In this document: piece by piece, positions 23,500 through 37,689 of the stretch | Position numbering within the stretch: the stretch's first letter is position 1 | How the letters are laid out: every line of letters begins with the position of its first letter | NCBI GenBank assembly: GCA_028534125.1 | Contig: CM052817.1 | Location: 60,948,001 to 61,012,000, forward strand | Direction: 5' to 3' | Length of the DNA: 64,000 bases | Source of the DNA: Lama glama | Taxonomy: Eukaryota | Notes under the pieces: generated by a model | What the model was told of the DNA's origin: nothing | What the model saw: the letters and a program-made list of their open reading frames with translations, nothing else | The model's database searches: none | Program-made: the position numbers and the translations under genes

Positions 23500-26400
23500 A
23501 AAAGCTAGGATTTGAGGTTACACCAAACCAGTGGTGAGTTTCCTATTTTTTTCCCTCCAGTATCACTGGCATAAACTCAAGGGAGGCTCTAACTCCAGAA
23601 GTGTGCATGATTAAGAAGCAAAAAACTTTAAGAAAAGCTCTCTCTTTCTGAGAAAGATATTGTGGAAAAGAGGAATCTCACGGGTCAGAGAAAAGAGCAC
23701 ATTCCCTGCTTTTAAAACTTTTAAATTATTATTTTTCCTTTCTCCTGTCCTAGCCTTCAGATGGTGGTCGTGGCCAGGGAGGCACATAAAATTCTGAGTG
23801 AGTGAAGTATCTTTCTATAATGAGAGAGCTATGGTCATGGTCATGGGAGTATGGAGTGAATCCTCATTACTTTTATTCTTTCTCTGTCCTTTTGCTGCTA
23901 GGCAGTATATGCAGACACAGTTGCAGAAGAACATGACAGACAAGAAAACTGAAGTCCTAGTTTTCTGTACAGAGGACCAGAAAGGGAGGTCTGTGGGAGC
24001 CAGAACGTGTTGGGGGAGATCATGGTGAAAAGGAAAATCAAGAAATGAGACTCATAAAGTTGTGCACGGACTCCTGGGCTGACCTAAGAGCTGTGCATGC
24101 ATGGATCTGACTCTAAATAGCATACCACCTGCTTTGACAGTGGAGTTACAAGGTAGACCACTGTCTAGGTCCCAGACTGGCCACTGGCATTTACCTGGTA
24201 CTGATCTTAATAGCACTACAAATACTTTAAAACCTGAAATGATATTTGGACCACAGACCAAAGGGGACAAATCAAAACTTGGAGTCTCCATCTTTAACCT
24301 GTTTGTCTGTTGAAACAAACAAAAAATCAGCTTTCTTCTTAAGATTAAAGCAAAGCCCAGGGTCAAACTACTATTCAACTTTGGATACAATTAAAAAGTA
24401 CTTGCCATATAAAGAATCAGGAAAAACTGAACCCACAAGGGAAAAGAAAATCAAGAGATGATCTGATGATACAGATGTTGTAATTATCCAATAAAGACTG
24501 CAAAGAAGCTATTATAACCATATTTCAAGAAGTAAGAGAGAATATACTTGAAATAAATGAAAAACTTCAGCAAAGAAATAGAAGACATAAAAAAGGACCA
24601 AATACAATTTAAAATAGTCAATACAAAAAATACCCACTAAGCAGGTTTCACAGCAAAAAGGAGATAACAGAAGAAAAAGTCAGCGAACTTTAAAAGTGGA
24701 TCAACAAAAATCACCTAAATAACAGAAACAAAAAAAGTTGTAAAAAAGTGAACAAAGCCTTGGAGCCTATAAAACAATACCAAAAGGTCTGAGTTTTGTC
24801 ATCAGAGTTCCAAAAGAAGATGAGAAAGAACATGGAACATAAAAAATACCTGGAAAAATAATGGCTGAAAACTTTCCAAATTTGACAAAAGACACAGATT
24901 CTAGAAGTTCAGTAAACTCCAGACATAATCATTTTAAAGAAAAGAAATCAGTGCCCAGGTACATCGTAATCAAACTGCTGAACAATAAGACAAAAAAAAA
25001 AAAAAGGCCTGAAAGCAACTGGACAAAAGCTGTACCCTATCTTTAGCGTAACAGTGATTTCAATAACTGGGTTTATCATTACTTCCACCCATGCAAGTAA
25101 GAAGGAAGTGGAATCTTCAAGTGCTTAAGAAAAGAACTGTCAACAGAGAATATCCGGTGCAAACATCCTTCAGAAATAAAAGAGAAATAAAGAAATATTA
25201 AGATGAAGGAAAAATAAAAGAATATATCACCACAGACCTGCTCTGAAAAATGCCACAGGGACTTTCTCAGACTTCAGAAGGGAGATAATACAAGAGGGGA
25301 ATTTGGAACTTTAGAAATGAAGGAAAGTAACAGAAATGGTAGAAGCTAGATAAATGTAATAGATTATTCTTTTCTTCTAAGTTCTTTCAAATATGTATGT
25401 CTGTAAAAAGCAAAAAATACTGCTTTCAAAAAGCATTGTCTTGATTGGCTTTTCAATGTACGTAGAAGTAATACATTCAACAATTACAACATGGATGGTG
25501 GAGGTAAAAGAACCTATAGGAGTTTTATACGTTTTCCTTGAAATAGTAAAGTATTCATTCTAAGTATACAGTGGAAAGTTAAATACGTATATTGTAATCT
25601 TTACAGCCACCCTTAACAAACAAACAAAAAAACAAAAACTATACAAAGGGACAGTAAAAAAAACTCAATAGATAAATTGGAATCATTAAACATATACAAA
25701 TAAACCGAAGAAAGCAGTAAAGGGGAAACAGGAGCAAAACACAAAAGGAATAGAAAGAGAACAGGTAACAAAATTGTAGATCTAATTCCAAACATATCAA
25801 TGATTTTATTAAATATAAGTAGTTCAAGAAGATAAACTAAAAGACGGAAGTTGTCAGAATGATTATTAAAGGCTTAACTATTATTAACATTGCTTATAAG
25901 AAATCTATTTTAAATATTATGATATTGGGAGGTAAAATATAAATGAATGGAAAAAGATATACCATGCAAACACTAATCAAAAGAAAGCTTCAGTGGCTAT
26001 AGTAATATCAGACATAGGGGACTATGAAGAAAGGAAAATTACTAGGGGTTAAGAGAAACATTATGTAATAATAAAAGGGTTAAATTTACAAGAAGACATA
26101 AAGAATCCTACATGTATACAACCAAATATCAGAACTTCAAAATACATAAAGCCAAAACTGATAGAAAAGAAAGAAAAAAATTGGCAAATCTGCAATTATA
26201 CTTAGAAATGTCAACGTTCCTTTCTCAGTAATTGATAGAACAGGTAGACAGAGGAAATTTAAGAATAGAAGTACTGAATAGCACCATTAGTCCATTGGAT
26301 CTAACTGACTTTTATAGAACGTCTGACTCAGGAAAAGTAGATTACATATTTTCTCAAACACAGAAGGGATATTCACTAGGATAATCACATCCAGCATTAC

Positions 26401-28110
26401 CTTGATGCCAAAACCAAAGATGCTGCCAGAAAATAAAACTAGAGACTAATATCCTTCATGAATATAGACAGAAAAATAATCAGCAAAATGCTAACAAATC
26501 AAAACATATACAAAGAATAATACACTGTGACCAAGGGAAATTTATCCTGGGAATTAAAGACTCATTTGATATTTGAAAATCAATCAAGATAATCCACCAT
26601 ATTAACAGACAAAAGAAGAAAACCCATATAATTATATTAGTAGAAGCAGAAAAAGCATTTGACAAAATTCAATATCTCTTCATAATAAAAATTATGCAGT
26701 AAACTAGGAATAGAGAAGGGACTGTGTTAACCTGATAAAAAGCATCTACAAAAAACCTGTAGCTAACAATATGCTTCATGGTTAAACAACGAATGGTTTC
26801 TCCTATGAGACTGAGAATAAGGCAAGACTGTTACTCTTACTGCTCATATTCAACATTGTACTGGAAGTCCTTGCCAGTGCAATAAGGCAAGACAGCAGAT
26901 TGGAAGGTGAGAATTAATCTGTCATTATTTACAGATGACATGCTTGTATATTTTTTAAAAATATCATAGAATCAACAAAAAGGTTCTTAGAACTATTATG
27001 TAAGGTTAGCACGGTTGCAGGTTACACAACACACAAAAATCAATCATATTTGTATACACTAGCAATGAACAATTGGAGGCTCAAATTTCTTAATTAAAAT
27101 AGCATTCATAATAGTTCCAAAAAATGAAATATTTACGAATAAATCTAACAACTTCAAAACATTAATTAGACAAATCAAAGAAAACCTAAATAAACTGAGA
27201 AACATACCCTGTTTGTGGACTGAAAGATTCAAAGTAGTTAACATGTCACTGTTCTTCAAATTGATGTACAGATTTAACATAATAATCCAAGCAGGAATTT
27301 TTGTAGGTATAGACAAACTGATTCTAAATTTACACGGAAAAGCAAAGGCATTTGGAGAGCCAAAAAAATTTTTCAAAAGAAGAATAAAATTGCAAGATTT
27401 AAACTACTTGCTTTTAAGAATTGTTATAAAAGTATTTTAATCTATAAATTGTGGTTTTGGCAAAAGGATAGCCACATAGATCAATGGAACAGAATAGAGT
27501 ACCCAGAAATAGGCCCACACAGTTAAGGTCAATTGATTTTCACAAAGATGCAAAGTTAATTCAATTGAGAAAGATGATGTTTTCAACAAATCATGTCAGA
27601 ACAATTGAACATTCATCTGTTTAAAAAAAAACCCAACTTAGACTTTATATTTTATGGCAAAATTAACCCAAATTGGATTAGAGATATAATACATAAAACT
27701 ATAAAATTTTTAGAAGAAAACATAAGAGAAAAGGTTAGGCAAAGAATCCTTAGAATCAACACTAATATTGTGCTCTATAAAAGAAAAATATTGGCAAATT
27801 GGAATTCATCAAAATTAAAAGTTTTGCCCTGAAAAAGATACCATTAAGAGAATGAAAAGACAAAGTAAAGACTAGAGGAAAATACTTGCAAATCATATAT
27901 CCAGTAACATATATCTGTGCAGAACACATAAGAAACTCTCAAAACCCAACAATAAGAAAAAGAACAACTTTAAACAAGGAGAGTGGTGGAATTATTCTGC
28001 ATCCTGATTGTGAGGATGGTTGTATGAATTCACACATGTGGTAAAATTCAAAGAACAAAAACACAAGAAAAAGGCAATCTTTGTTCATTTAAAAAATAAA
28101 GTAAGAAAAG
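23500..28110 (+). mobile_element. Old, long, degenerate L1 (5' UTR, ORF1 and ORF2 remnants, 3' end) with internal deletions
   Basis: ORF1-like MAENFPNLTKD...PRYIVIKLL (24861). Endonuclease-region tggaaaaagatataccatgcaaacactaatcaaaagaaagc (~25950). RT-region gcagaaaaagcatttgacaaaattcaa (~26646). IKFLEENIREK (~27700). A-rich sense strand. Confidence 0.9.
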
Positions 28111-31100
28111 AAGCACTTAAAAAATAGTAATTGTGATTCTGGAAAAATAAAACTGCTTTAGAAGAAAGTAAATGAAGAGAGATGAAGGTCAATCCATCCT
28201 GATGATTCAAATTGTATATACTCTGGGTACTAAAGAGACATTATAAGTCATGACCTAACTGTCATACCTCAGACCCAGTGAGAGAGAACAAAGACTGGAG
28301 CCAAAATCTAGAACATTATACTTATGAATTTTGAGAGTGACATTGGTTGGAAGATTCCAGGTTTTAATAATAAATTGGCCAAAACATATACCATTGTAAA
28401 TTAACACATAAATTCTAAGAAAACAGATTTTACCAAGAATCCTATGATTAAAAAGGATATAGAGAACACAGAAGAGGTTTGGAAAAAACACATTCAGATG
28501 GTAGTTTGTAAATAAGAGAGGCAGAAAAGCACTTTCTATACTGTATTCTTTTATAGCAAAGGGTTTGAGGGGTGTGTGTGTGTGTGGACTCTAAGTTTCT
28601 TTAGCACAAGAGCTAATATAGAATTGCTTAGAGGAAGCAATCTTGTTAGGTGGAGGTGGAGGGCTCCTAATAGGGTACGTGTGTAGAAGGTACTTTAAAG
28701 TGTTAGATGAAGTGCTTTTCCTTAGATTGCGTGCTTACTTGGGATAGGCGATGGTGAATTATACATCTTGTGATGGATCTAACCCCACCCTAACCACCCA
28801 CTGACACTGCCAATGATAAGAAGTATATTGCTCATGTCTGTACCTCCTGCAACCTAAGCATACTGACTGGTACAAAATAAGTGTTTAATAAACATCATTC
28901 AGTTGAAATTGAGTAGAATCCTTCCTCCAATTCTAAGTTGTCTCCTGAATTCTCAAAGAAAATCAGGTCATATGAGATAGGGCACAAAAGATGCTAACAA
29001 AAGGGCTAACCAAAAATAATTCTATCCCTTGTGCTAAGTTTTTAAATAACTCTGGTTCGCAATTAAACAGAAGTGAATGCAGAAAACTGAATTTTTCATG
29101 TCCTTGGAAGAAATTTCAGCTACAAAAAGCACAGTATCTTAAAATGTTCTAGGCTGATTTACTGCTCAGACTACTCCCCAGAGGAATAAAGCTTGTTATA
29201 TTAATAAAGTCATTTTCTTTAGAGGGTGAGCTTAATTGTTTCACTGGAAGTCACAAAGAATTAATCAATTATGATCCCAAGTTAAAAATTTTGAAACCTG
29301 AACACAATTTTTAATCAAAGTTAGATGTATTTAAGTGAAGAAAAAAATGACCTTTGGATCTGTCCCTGCTTTGCCTGGATGATTAATTCCTTTTTTTTTT
29401 TTTTTTGCTTTACACACCCTGCCATAAACTTTTTTATTTACACTTTATTGTAACTGACTTCATGTCATTTGCTCTTGCTTAATAATAATCGGTTAACAGC
29501 AAGGCAGGTGTTCTCAAGGATGTGGCCCTTCCATTGAGCAGTTCTAAACAGTTTTTTTAAAAAATCAACATAAAAAGGATAAAGATAAAACTCTCATTCT
29601 AGTATCTGGCAGGGAAAAAAGATGTATTTGTGCAAAGAGAGAGTCAAGGATGGAGAATCTGGAAGGTAAAAATTAGTGCTAACCTACCCATTCAAAATTT
29701 ATTTGTTGCCCTTCTTTTTAATAGTTGTATTTGACCAATCACACCTAGCAGTGGTCTCTGCTAGCACCCTAATTTTAAAACAGCTTTTGTTCTACATTTT
29801 CATGTTATGTTTAGATATAAAAATAATAATTAAACTTTTGGTTGAATTTCTGCAGACTTTGAGTCTGATTATTGATTTTCTGAGATCATGACGGTAATCT
29901 TACTTTCCTACCCTCTTCACCAGTGGGCAAAATTGTTTCTGCCTCCCTGATCAGTTTAGAAGTACAGTCTCTCTCCTTTCATTACCCCACTTCACACACT
30001 TGAGTACCAAGTTCCCATCAAACCGTGTTCCACTTCCATTATTCCAGAATTTCTTCGCTCGCTCTCCTGGTCATATCTGCTTTGTCAGGGTGGTCTGAGA
30101 ATCTCCTCAAAAGCTTCCCCCCTTCTTCTCTTGGTCCTTTCTTCCACCAAATTATCAGAATTATGAATAATCTTCAGATTAAACAAGGGAGATTCTGGGC
30201 ATGGTTAAGAATTAATGTGTAATCTGGGACAGCCTATCTAGCCACTAGAATATTGACTTGGATTAATTTATTAGTTATTCAGTGTCCTGAAGGGATGACA
30301 TTCAGGAGCAAAAAGGAAAGGTTTAAATGCATCTGGTTCTTGGATCAACAGTAAGGCTCAGGATGAAAAAAGGAGAAGGATAAAAAGAGGAGAGAGAAAA
30401 GAGAAGCGAGGCTGAGAGAGAGAGACTTAGCTGGTGATGATGTAGTTCTATTTGGAGGAGTAGGCACCATGAAAGAAGTAACAGAATCAGCTATTAAAAG
30501 GAAGGCAGATTCTGCTGGACACAAACTAGAGGCCAGATGGTCCTCTTTTGGAGTGTTTTGGTTTGGGAAGGCCTCTCTATCTGAAATCTCAACCCTAAAA
30601 ATCTTCGGGCCATTCACTGTATTATTACTTTTAAATGAACTTCTTCGATTTTAGGCATTTTCCCTATTTAAATTTAAATATCCTGAGAAGGCTGTTAATT
30701 ATGCCAAAAGATTATATTGTTCTTTAATTTTATTTTTTGAATTAACCAATTAAAATAAATTCCACATATAATAGTCAAATTAGTTGTTTTCGTATGCAAG
30801 GAACAGAAAGACTCCCTCGAAATGAAAAAAACACTAAAGGGGACTTACGGGCTCACCCAACAGAAGGCTCTTGGATCAGTGAGGGTTTGATCCAGATTGT
30901 CACAGTTTTATCAGGACACTTCATCTCATCCTATGCAATTTTCTCAGCTCTGTCCACAAGACAGGTTGACGTTGTTCTCAGCGTGGCTTCCCTAATGCAA
31001 ACAATATAGTTCTGAGTAATTCACAGTGCCACATGCTTCCGCATTCAAAGCCAGAGGGAGAACGTGTGTTTTCCCCCAACAACAAAACAGAAGTCTGGAG

Positions 31101-31904
31101 CTCCACTGAACCAATCATTTTGTCAGGAGAAAGGATATTACCTTGAGTAACTTAAATCTTAGAGCCCATCTCTGTTACAAAGGGAAACATCTGAATATAG
31201 GGGAGATAAAGACAGCATTCAATCTGTAGACCTTGTGATAGACTTTAAAAGATGGAGAGAGATGTCCAGAGTTGGGCACCCTCCAAGGGTAGGCCTGAGA
31301 AGGTTATTTTACAGGTAAGTCCTGTTTTATGAGTTATCTCCTGAAGACAATCGGCATCTGGCAGGGCAGGTGATGCCATGAAAGAAGAGGAGGAGAAGGG
31401 GTCTGTAAACAGCATGTCCCACTATAGGACACTTTCCAGCAGTAAACTCACATCATGGACACAACCTGTCACATTCTCAGCATAATGATCAAGGTGAGTG
31501 TATGCGTCACTGAAAATCTGTGTCATCATATACAGTGACGTTCCACTTGCCAATCCAGTCCCGACCCTTCTGGTAGGTTTTGCTGATCCTGTGCCCTGCG
31601 GTGGAAATCACCCCCCACCCCCCACAACCCCTCTCCAGAAGGGGTCTCTTTGGTTCTGAATAGAATTCTGCCCTTCCTTCTAGTCTGAAATGAGCTTGTT
31701 TCTATACCACATTGAAGTGAGTTGAAAGCAGTTAGGTTGCTTCCTATTATTTCCAAAGCGTTTTACCCATACTTATCAACCCTGAAGACTTATAATCAAC
31801 CTGAACGAAGCTGGGGAATGAAACTGTTTTGCTTTTCAACACTTCTTTTGCCAGAATAAATCCTAAACATGATGAATGCTAATAACTATTTTAGCTAAAC
31901 AGGG

Positions 31905-32140
31905 CAAATGCTATCCCCTGGCTGCCCATTAGAATCACCTGGGTGCCTCGACCTTTCCTCAGAGTAAGAACTGGGCACTAACATTTTTTAAAGAAAACCC
32001 TCATTGAGATATAATTCACATATTATAAAACTCACTAATTTAAAATAATACTTCATATTTTCACAGTTGGGGTAACCACATTTTTAATGTTCCTCAAGAG
32101 TTCTAATATTCAGACAGATAGGGTTGAGAACCACTGAGCT
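31905..32140. mobile_element. MER5A-like element interrupted by a short L1 3' fragment (~31985-32080)
   Basis: ccctggctgcccattagaatcacctggg ... ggttgagaaccactg ends. Internal attgagatataattcacat piece flanked by acattttt on both sides. Confidence 0.65.
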
Positions 32141-32989
32141 AAAGCAAATTGTTAGACTTTGAGACAACCTGATAATCAACTGAACTACATGTTAAAAATT
32201 ATTCTAAAACTTCTTTGTGGTTTTAAAAATTAATAGATTTTATTTTTTTAGAGAAGTTTTAGATAGAGTGGAGTGGAGGGTACAGAACTAACACTGTGTT
32301 TTTTAACTATCAAATTCTCTGATTTAATTGGCATTCTCAGTCTGAGAGAAAACAAAAAGTTTTGAATAATGTTCCACGTTTTCTTAACAAAAAATTCATA
32401 AAATGGTTAGTCTCCTTGTAAAGAGTTACTTTATATTCAATGAAATATAAGGCAAAATCAGAATGCAGTTTTCCCTCTTTTAAAAAGATCTGTTTTTCCA
32501 ACTTATTGATCAACACACTCCTGGCTCTCCTTTATTGAAGAAACAAAGCACTCAAACAAAAATTTAGTGATAAATAAGTGAAAATATCCAATATTAATCT
32601 AATTCCTATATATTATTTTATTCTTTGATATATAAGATTAAAAAGTATTGTGTACACACAGTAACAGTATACACAATAAACAGCATTGTCACTTGCTATG
32701 AAAGAAATATTGATTGTCCTCAGCTAAATTTGGTTTACAGAAAACATCTGTAAATAGAAACATTCTGATATGGAATATTTAGTACAAAGAATGATCTAAA
32801 CTGTCAAAGAAATGGGCAAACACACTAGCAGTTTCTGAACCATATTGAAGAAAAGGGACGTCTGTGTGGTCATTTATTGAATTTCGATTCTACAGTCAAG
32901 TAATCAGACCCACTGAATGGTCAAACCCTTGTCCTAGTGCCAGGTGTGGAAAAGGAATAATAGAAAAACCAACACAGAACATAGTGGTT

Positions 32990-33370
32990 AGGAATGAGAA
33001 TGGTGGAGTCAGACAGACCTTTTGGGTTTCCTCCATAAACTGTCACTGTAATTTTAGGGAAGACCCTTTGACTTGCCTTGACCAGTGCGATGTGGGCAAA
33101 ATGATGTGTGCTCATTGGAGTTCAGGAATTAAAGGGCGTCACTCACCCCTCTGAAGGCTTCTTTCTTACCTCCAAGAGAGGGACATGCCCCAGGCAGCCA
33201 CTGCCCCTTCAGCTTGGGCCCCGGAAGGAAACTCAGAACAGATTTGAACTTAACCCATAGCTAAAGCAGAAACTGCCTGCGAACCCCTGGCCCCGTAAGT
33301 GAGAAGTAAATGTGTATTATTGTATGCCGCGGAGAGTCTGCGATTATTTTTACACAGAAAAGCTAAAACT
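32990..33370 (+). mobile_element. Old ERVL/MaLR-type LTR fragment
   Basis: cagccactgccccttcagcttgggccccgga...gagaagtaaatgtgtattattgtatgcc...ttttacacagaaaagctaaaactga. Confidence 0.45.
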
Positions 33371-34189
33371 GAACCATACACGAAGATAGGGAATAACAGT
33401 AGGAGAAACACATATTTGGTGGGGTGGGGGTTCGAGGGTAGAGTATGATGGGATGGGAGTGAGCTCAGTTCTGGGCATTTTGCGCATAAGGTGCCCATAG
33501 GATTTCAAATAGTCATGCACGAAGGATAAGTCAGTCATCTGAACACATTTGGGAGTTAAAGCCGTGGGAGGGAATGGAATCTTTAGAGGAGAAAGAACAT
33601 ATATGTGCATGATGGTTATATTCTTGTTTGATTATTCTTTTCATCAGTCTATAATTCTCCTCCTGTACCTCTTTGCCCTTGTTTCAGCACACACGTACAC
33701 GTCTTGATTTTTATTTTTATTATGGTGCCTCATAGTTGCTCCTTCCTTCCATTTCTAAGTGGTCTCCTACTCCTTTTCTCCCTGAGAATTGTCCCTGGTT
33801 AATCACAGACAGAAAAGATCTGGGGGCCTTTGCCACATTTAAAGATAGAAGCACAGGCTTTTAGATCATAGCTCCTAATCACATCCAGGAAACAGCTGGG
33901 ACTTCTCTAGTCAGGCAGGTTTTCAGCCCCACAGCCTAAGGGCTGGGACTCCTTACCTGGGATACAATACTCAGCCCTCCTAGGTCCCTGTGCATGTCCA
34001 GAGTGTGATGGGAACCTGCTACTGCATCTTCCTCTGGATTAATTAATACTTTTGCAGGTTAATGTGTGTGCAGAACCAAATCATTCCACCTTTACTTGCT
34101 CAGTACCCATTCTTTTGCTTTTCCTCCTACCCTACTGGCAACACTATTTCAGTCTTTTTGCTAGTCCCTAATTACCCACCTGATTTCTA

Positions 34190-34870
34190 AACATCAGAGT
34201 GTACCAGGACTTAATCCTCTTAATCTTTGGATTTCTCTGTGTTCACACACTTCACGAGCTCCTCCAACCACATGACTTTAAATAGTATTCATAATCTGAT
34301 ACTGCCAGTCTGGACCTCCTCCCTTAACTCCAGCCTCACCTGTATAACTTTCTACTTGACATCTCCATCCGGACGACCGATGGGCACCTCAAGGTCACAT
34401 GTCAGAAACCGACTTCTTGGTGGTCTCTGCCTAAACACACTGTAGGTTCAGGCTTCGCTCTTACAGACATTTCTAATTGTCCAGATTAAACATCTTGTAG
34501 TCACCTGTGACTCTTCTTTTTCTTTCACACTTTCACACTTTCACATTTTCACACTTCACACACAATCAACAAGCAAATCCTGTTTGCTCTACCTTCATAA
34601 CGTGGAATACAACCGCTGCCATCATCTCACGTCTATGTTACAGTAACAACCTCTCCCTGGCTTTGCCCTTGCCTCCAATAATCTATTCTCCGCATAGCAG
34701 CAGAGTGATCCTTTTTGAAACATAAGTTATATCATGCCACCCCTCTCCTCTGCTCAAAACACTCTAAATGGTTTTATGGTTTGTTTGTTTCTTTTTTTTA
34801 ACTCAGAGTAAACCTAAAGTTACTCAAAGGAAGCAGGCCCTACACTTTCTAACTTCCTGTCACTCCTGTG
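34190..34870 (+). mobile_element. L2 fragment
   Basis: ctacttgacatctcca...cagcagagtgatcctttttgaaacataag...ctgctcaaaacactc motifs. Confidence 0.7.
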
Positions 34871-35441
34871 ATCTAGTCCTGGACCCTCTGATCCTGCCCA
34901 GCAGTGAAGACCTACATCATCTGACTCCTTGTGGGGGTGGGGGGCTCTGTCTTGTGGGTCTATCTTATCAAAATCCTCTCAGAAATTTAATGTCTTCTTA
35001 ATGTGTCTGTAGCATGAAAATAGGATCTTGTTTCATAGAGGATTTATTGACAGGAATTACAAACAACTTATTGTGTATTATTGTGTTGTTATTATAATTA
35101 TGAAGTTATATATGAATGTGTTCGCAACGGAAGGCTGAGAATAAAAATGCTTCCAAGATTCCTAGTTCATATTTTGCTTCAGAGTCAGAGCCCATGAAAA
35201 GGTGAATTGCTTACATTTCTGTACATAATTTCTCCCAGTTGAAAGCATGCAAGGGAGTGAAATATAGTCAAGATTGTAAAATGAAAATATTTTAATAATG
35301 TCCCTTTAAGTGGACTCTTAACCTTGATCCAAATCTTGCCCACAATCTTAAGTTGAACCTAAAAATATTAAGTCTGAAGGCGCAGGGTCAGAAACAATAC
35401 TTCTTACCACTTGTTTCCACCAATATTGCATATGGATAGGA

Positions 35442-35790
35442 GAGGCAGGGTTACCATGCAGCTAATACAGCTTAAGCTTCAAGGCCCCTCACTGGCACGG
35501 GCACGGTGAACACTTTGAGTTGCTGGGAGTTGTGGAGAGTTCCAGGTGGGGTAAGGAAAGCCAGGTTGCAATCAGGAAGCATTTCTATGTAAACTTTCCT
35601 GATAAATTGCCCTAAGGACATCTTAGAAGTCAGTAGGTGAGATCTACAAGCCTCAGTAATTTACTGTGATTTTTAAATTCTAATTATTCATTTTCTTATC
35701 TAATTTTGTATTTATGTTTTTCAAGAGGCAACTCCCAAACCCATCAAATTGTGCACATTTCAATAGGGCGCAAAGCTTGGATCTACCTCC
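35442..35790. mobile_element. MER53-like hAT DNA transposon
   Basis: ttaccatgcagctaatacagcttaagcttcaaggcccctcactggcacgggc start and ggatctacctc end (degenerate terminal inverted repeats). Confidence 0.5.
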
Positions 35791-36139
35791 ATGAATGACT
35801 TTCTTATGAATGTTGTAGATGCTTCACCCAGTTGTTAAAGAAAAAAAACTGTCCAAGACAATCATATTTCTTTTTATTTATGAAGTCAAATCAAATGCCA
35901 AAAGTACCACTGGTATTTAAAGGATTATTTTGGTATAATTTGAGGATTTTCCTCTGATTGGGAAAAACATTAATTGTAAAAAGTATTCACAATTCTACAG
36001 CAGTTGGCATAACATACCTCCACAAGACAGCAAACTACTCATTCTTATTTGAAAAATGTGGTACTGCACATGGCAACTGAATGACTCTAAACTGAAAATT
36101 AGTAGAAAACCATTTTCAAGATGATTATATGATTATTCA

Positions 36140-36264
36140 GGGGCTAGGGGTAGAACGCACTGGTAGGTAGAACGCATGCTTAGCATGCATGAGGTCCTGG
36201 GTTCAATCCCCAGCACCTCCATTAAATAAACAATTAAACAAACAAATAAATTTCTTTAAAGAAA
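36140..36264 (+). mobile_element. tRNA-derived lineage SINE (camelid type) with TSD
   Basis: gcatgcttagcatgcatgaggtcctgggttcaatccccagcacctcc (B-box) plus A-rich tail. TSD gattatatgattattca (36123-36139) / gactatatgattatgca (36265-36281). Confidence 0.88.
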
Positions 36265-37454
36265 GACTATATGATTATGCATCATATCTTCAAATCCTGA
36301 TCTTCCCATCATCAGAAAATGTTTAGAGTCTAAATATTTCAACAAAGGATTATTTGGTTAAGCATTTCATAACAGGATTGCTATTTATTCATGTATTAGT
36401 GATGATATTATATACAGGGCTTATATTCTTATCGATTTACATGTTGACTTCTGAAAAAGCTTCCTAGTAGGTACTGTATGTTCCTTTAAAATTATTGCTG
36501 GCTGTAAAAGTGGGCACACACACGCCAGGGTGTGCGTTGGGCAGCTTTTACAGCGCTCCCCGGGTGTGCTGGGCCTCTGGGGCATGGAGCCAAAAGTGGA
36601 GCTGCCATCATTCAACAGTATAAAATGCATACTGTGGTGTGTCATCGCAATTATTCCTTTTTATGGCTTTGAAAAAAGCTCCACCTTCCCTTCAGTGATT
36701 TTAAACATTAACCTCCAACGCTCAGAAGTACTCAAAATGGTTCAACTCTGTTTTCCATGATCAAGCTGTGTTTCATTAGAAATGAACTCCTCCCCATGCA
36801 AACATTTTCATCCAGTACCAATCCCAACGTCAAAATATGCAAGGATTTAAAAGCAAAATTTGTGAAAGAACTTTTCAAGAGTGTATGTTTGCTGTTGAAC
36901 TAGCAAAACAAATCTGATAGGAGTATTTCCAAGAGTAAGTATTTTCTAAAAACTTCGGATTTTCTTGGGGTGTTTCCATGACTTATACATTAATGGCTTT
37001 CATTTATAGAAAAATTTTTAAAGATCAATAAATGTTTTTTAAATTGTTGGACTCATTTCAAAACAAAATCATTACTTCCCAAAAGCTTAACATCTGATAA
37101 CTGAGGGACAATCAAGGCAAATAAAAACTAGTATATTAATATACTAGCAAAGAGTTGTCTGCTAGGACTTTAAAGCTTACAAGTTAACACTCATTCCCAA
37201 ATATTTTTCAAATAAGCTAGAGAAACATGTGCAACAAATTACATTTTGAATAAGAGGTACATCCCAGGGTTGAAATGATAAAAGAAGAACTTGGTGACAT
37301 TGACGGGAATTGAGGAGTCACTGGGTGCATGAATCCAGGTGGAGACAGCTTAGAATAATTTTAGAGAAATACTACTGTTGCACAGTAACATTTTGATGAA
37401 GAAAAATTGTCAAATAAAGATGAGCATTCATGGGAAAAAAAATTGGGGGGGAGG

Positions 37455-37688
37455 AGCTTGACACAACAAATGTATTGTCTCAGTTTTGAAGGTTAGAAGT
37501 CTGAATTCAAGGTGCTGGCAGGGCCATGTGCCCTCTGAAACCTGCTGGGAGAATCCTTTGCCTCTTCTAGCTTATGGTAGTTGCTGGCAATCCTTTGATT
37601 TCCTTGGCTTATAGACACATCACTCCACTGGCTCCACCTATCACATGGCTATCTTCTTTTTGTGTCTTTGTGTTTCTTTTCTTCTTTC
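37455..37688 (-). mobile_element. MLT1C/D-like LTR, truncated at the GC-rich insert
   Basis: ggttagaagtctgaattcaaggtgctggcagggccatgtgccctctgaa...gttgctggcaatcc. Confidence 0.75.
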
Positions 37689-37689
37689 T

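Noticed and set aside
23500..28110. Intact or domesticated L1 ORFs
   Set aside because: Many stops, frameshifts and deletions; no long ORF remains.
36140..36225. tRNA gene (also considered at 43330-43400 and 58540-58605)
   Set aside because: A-rich tails, TSDs and degenerate stems identify these as tRNA-derived SINEs.
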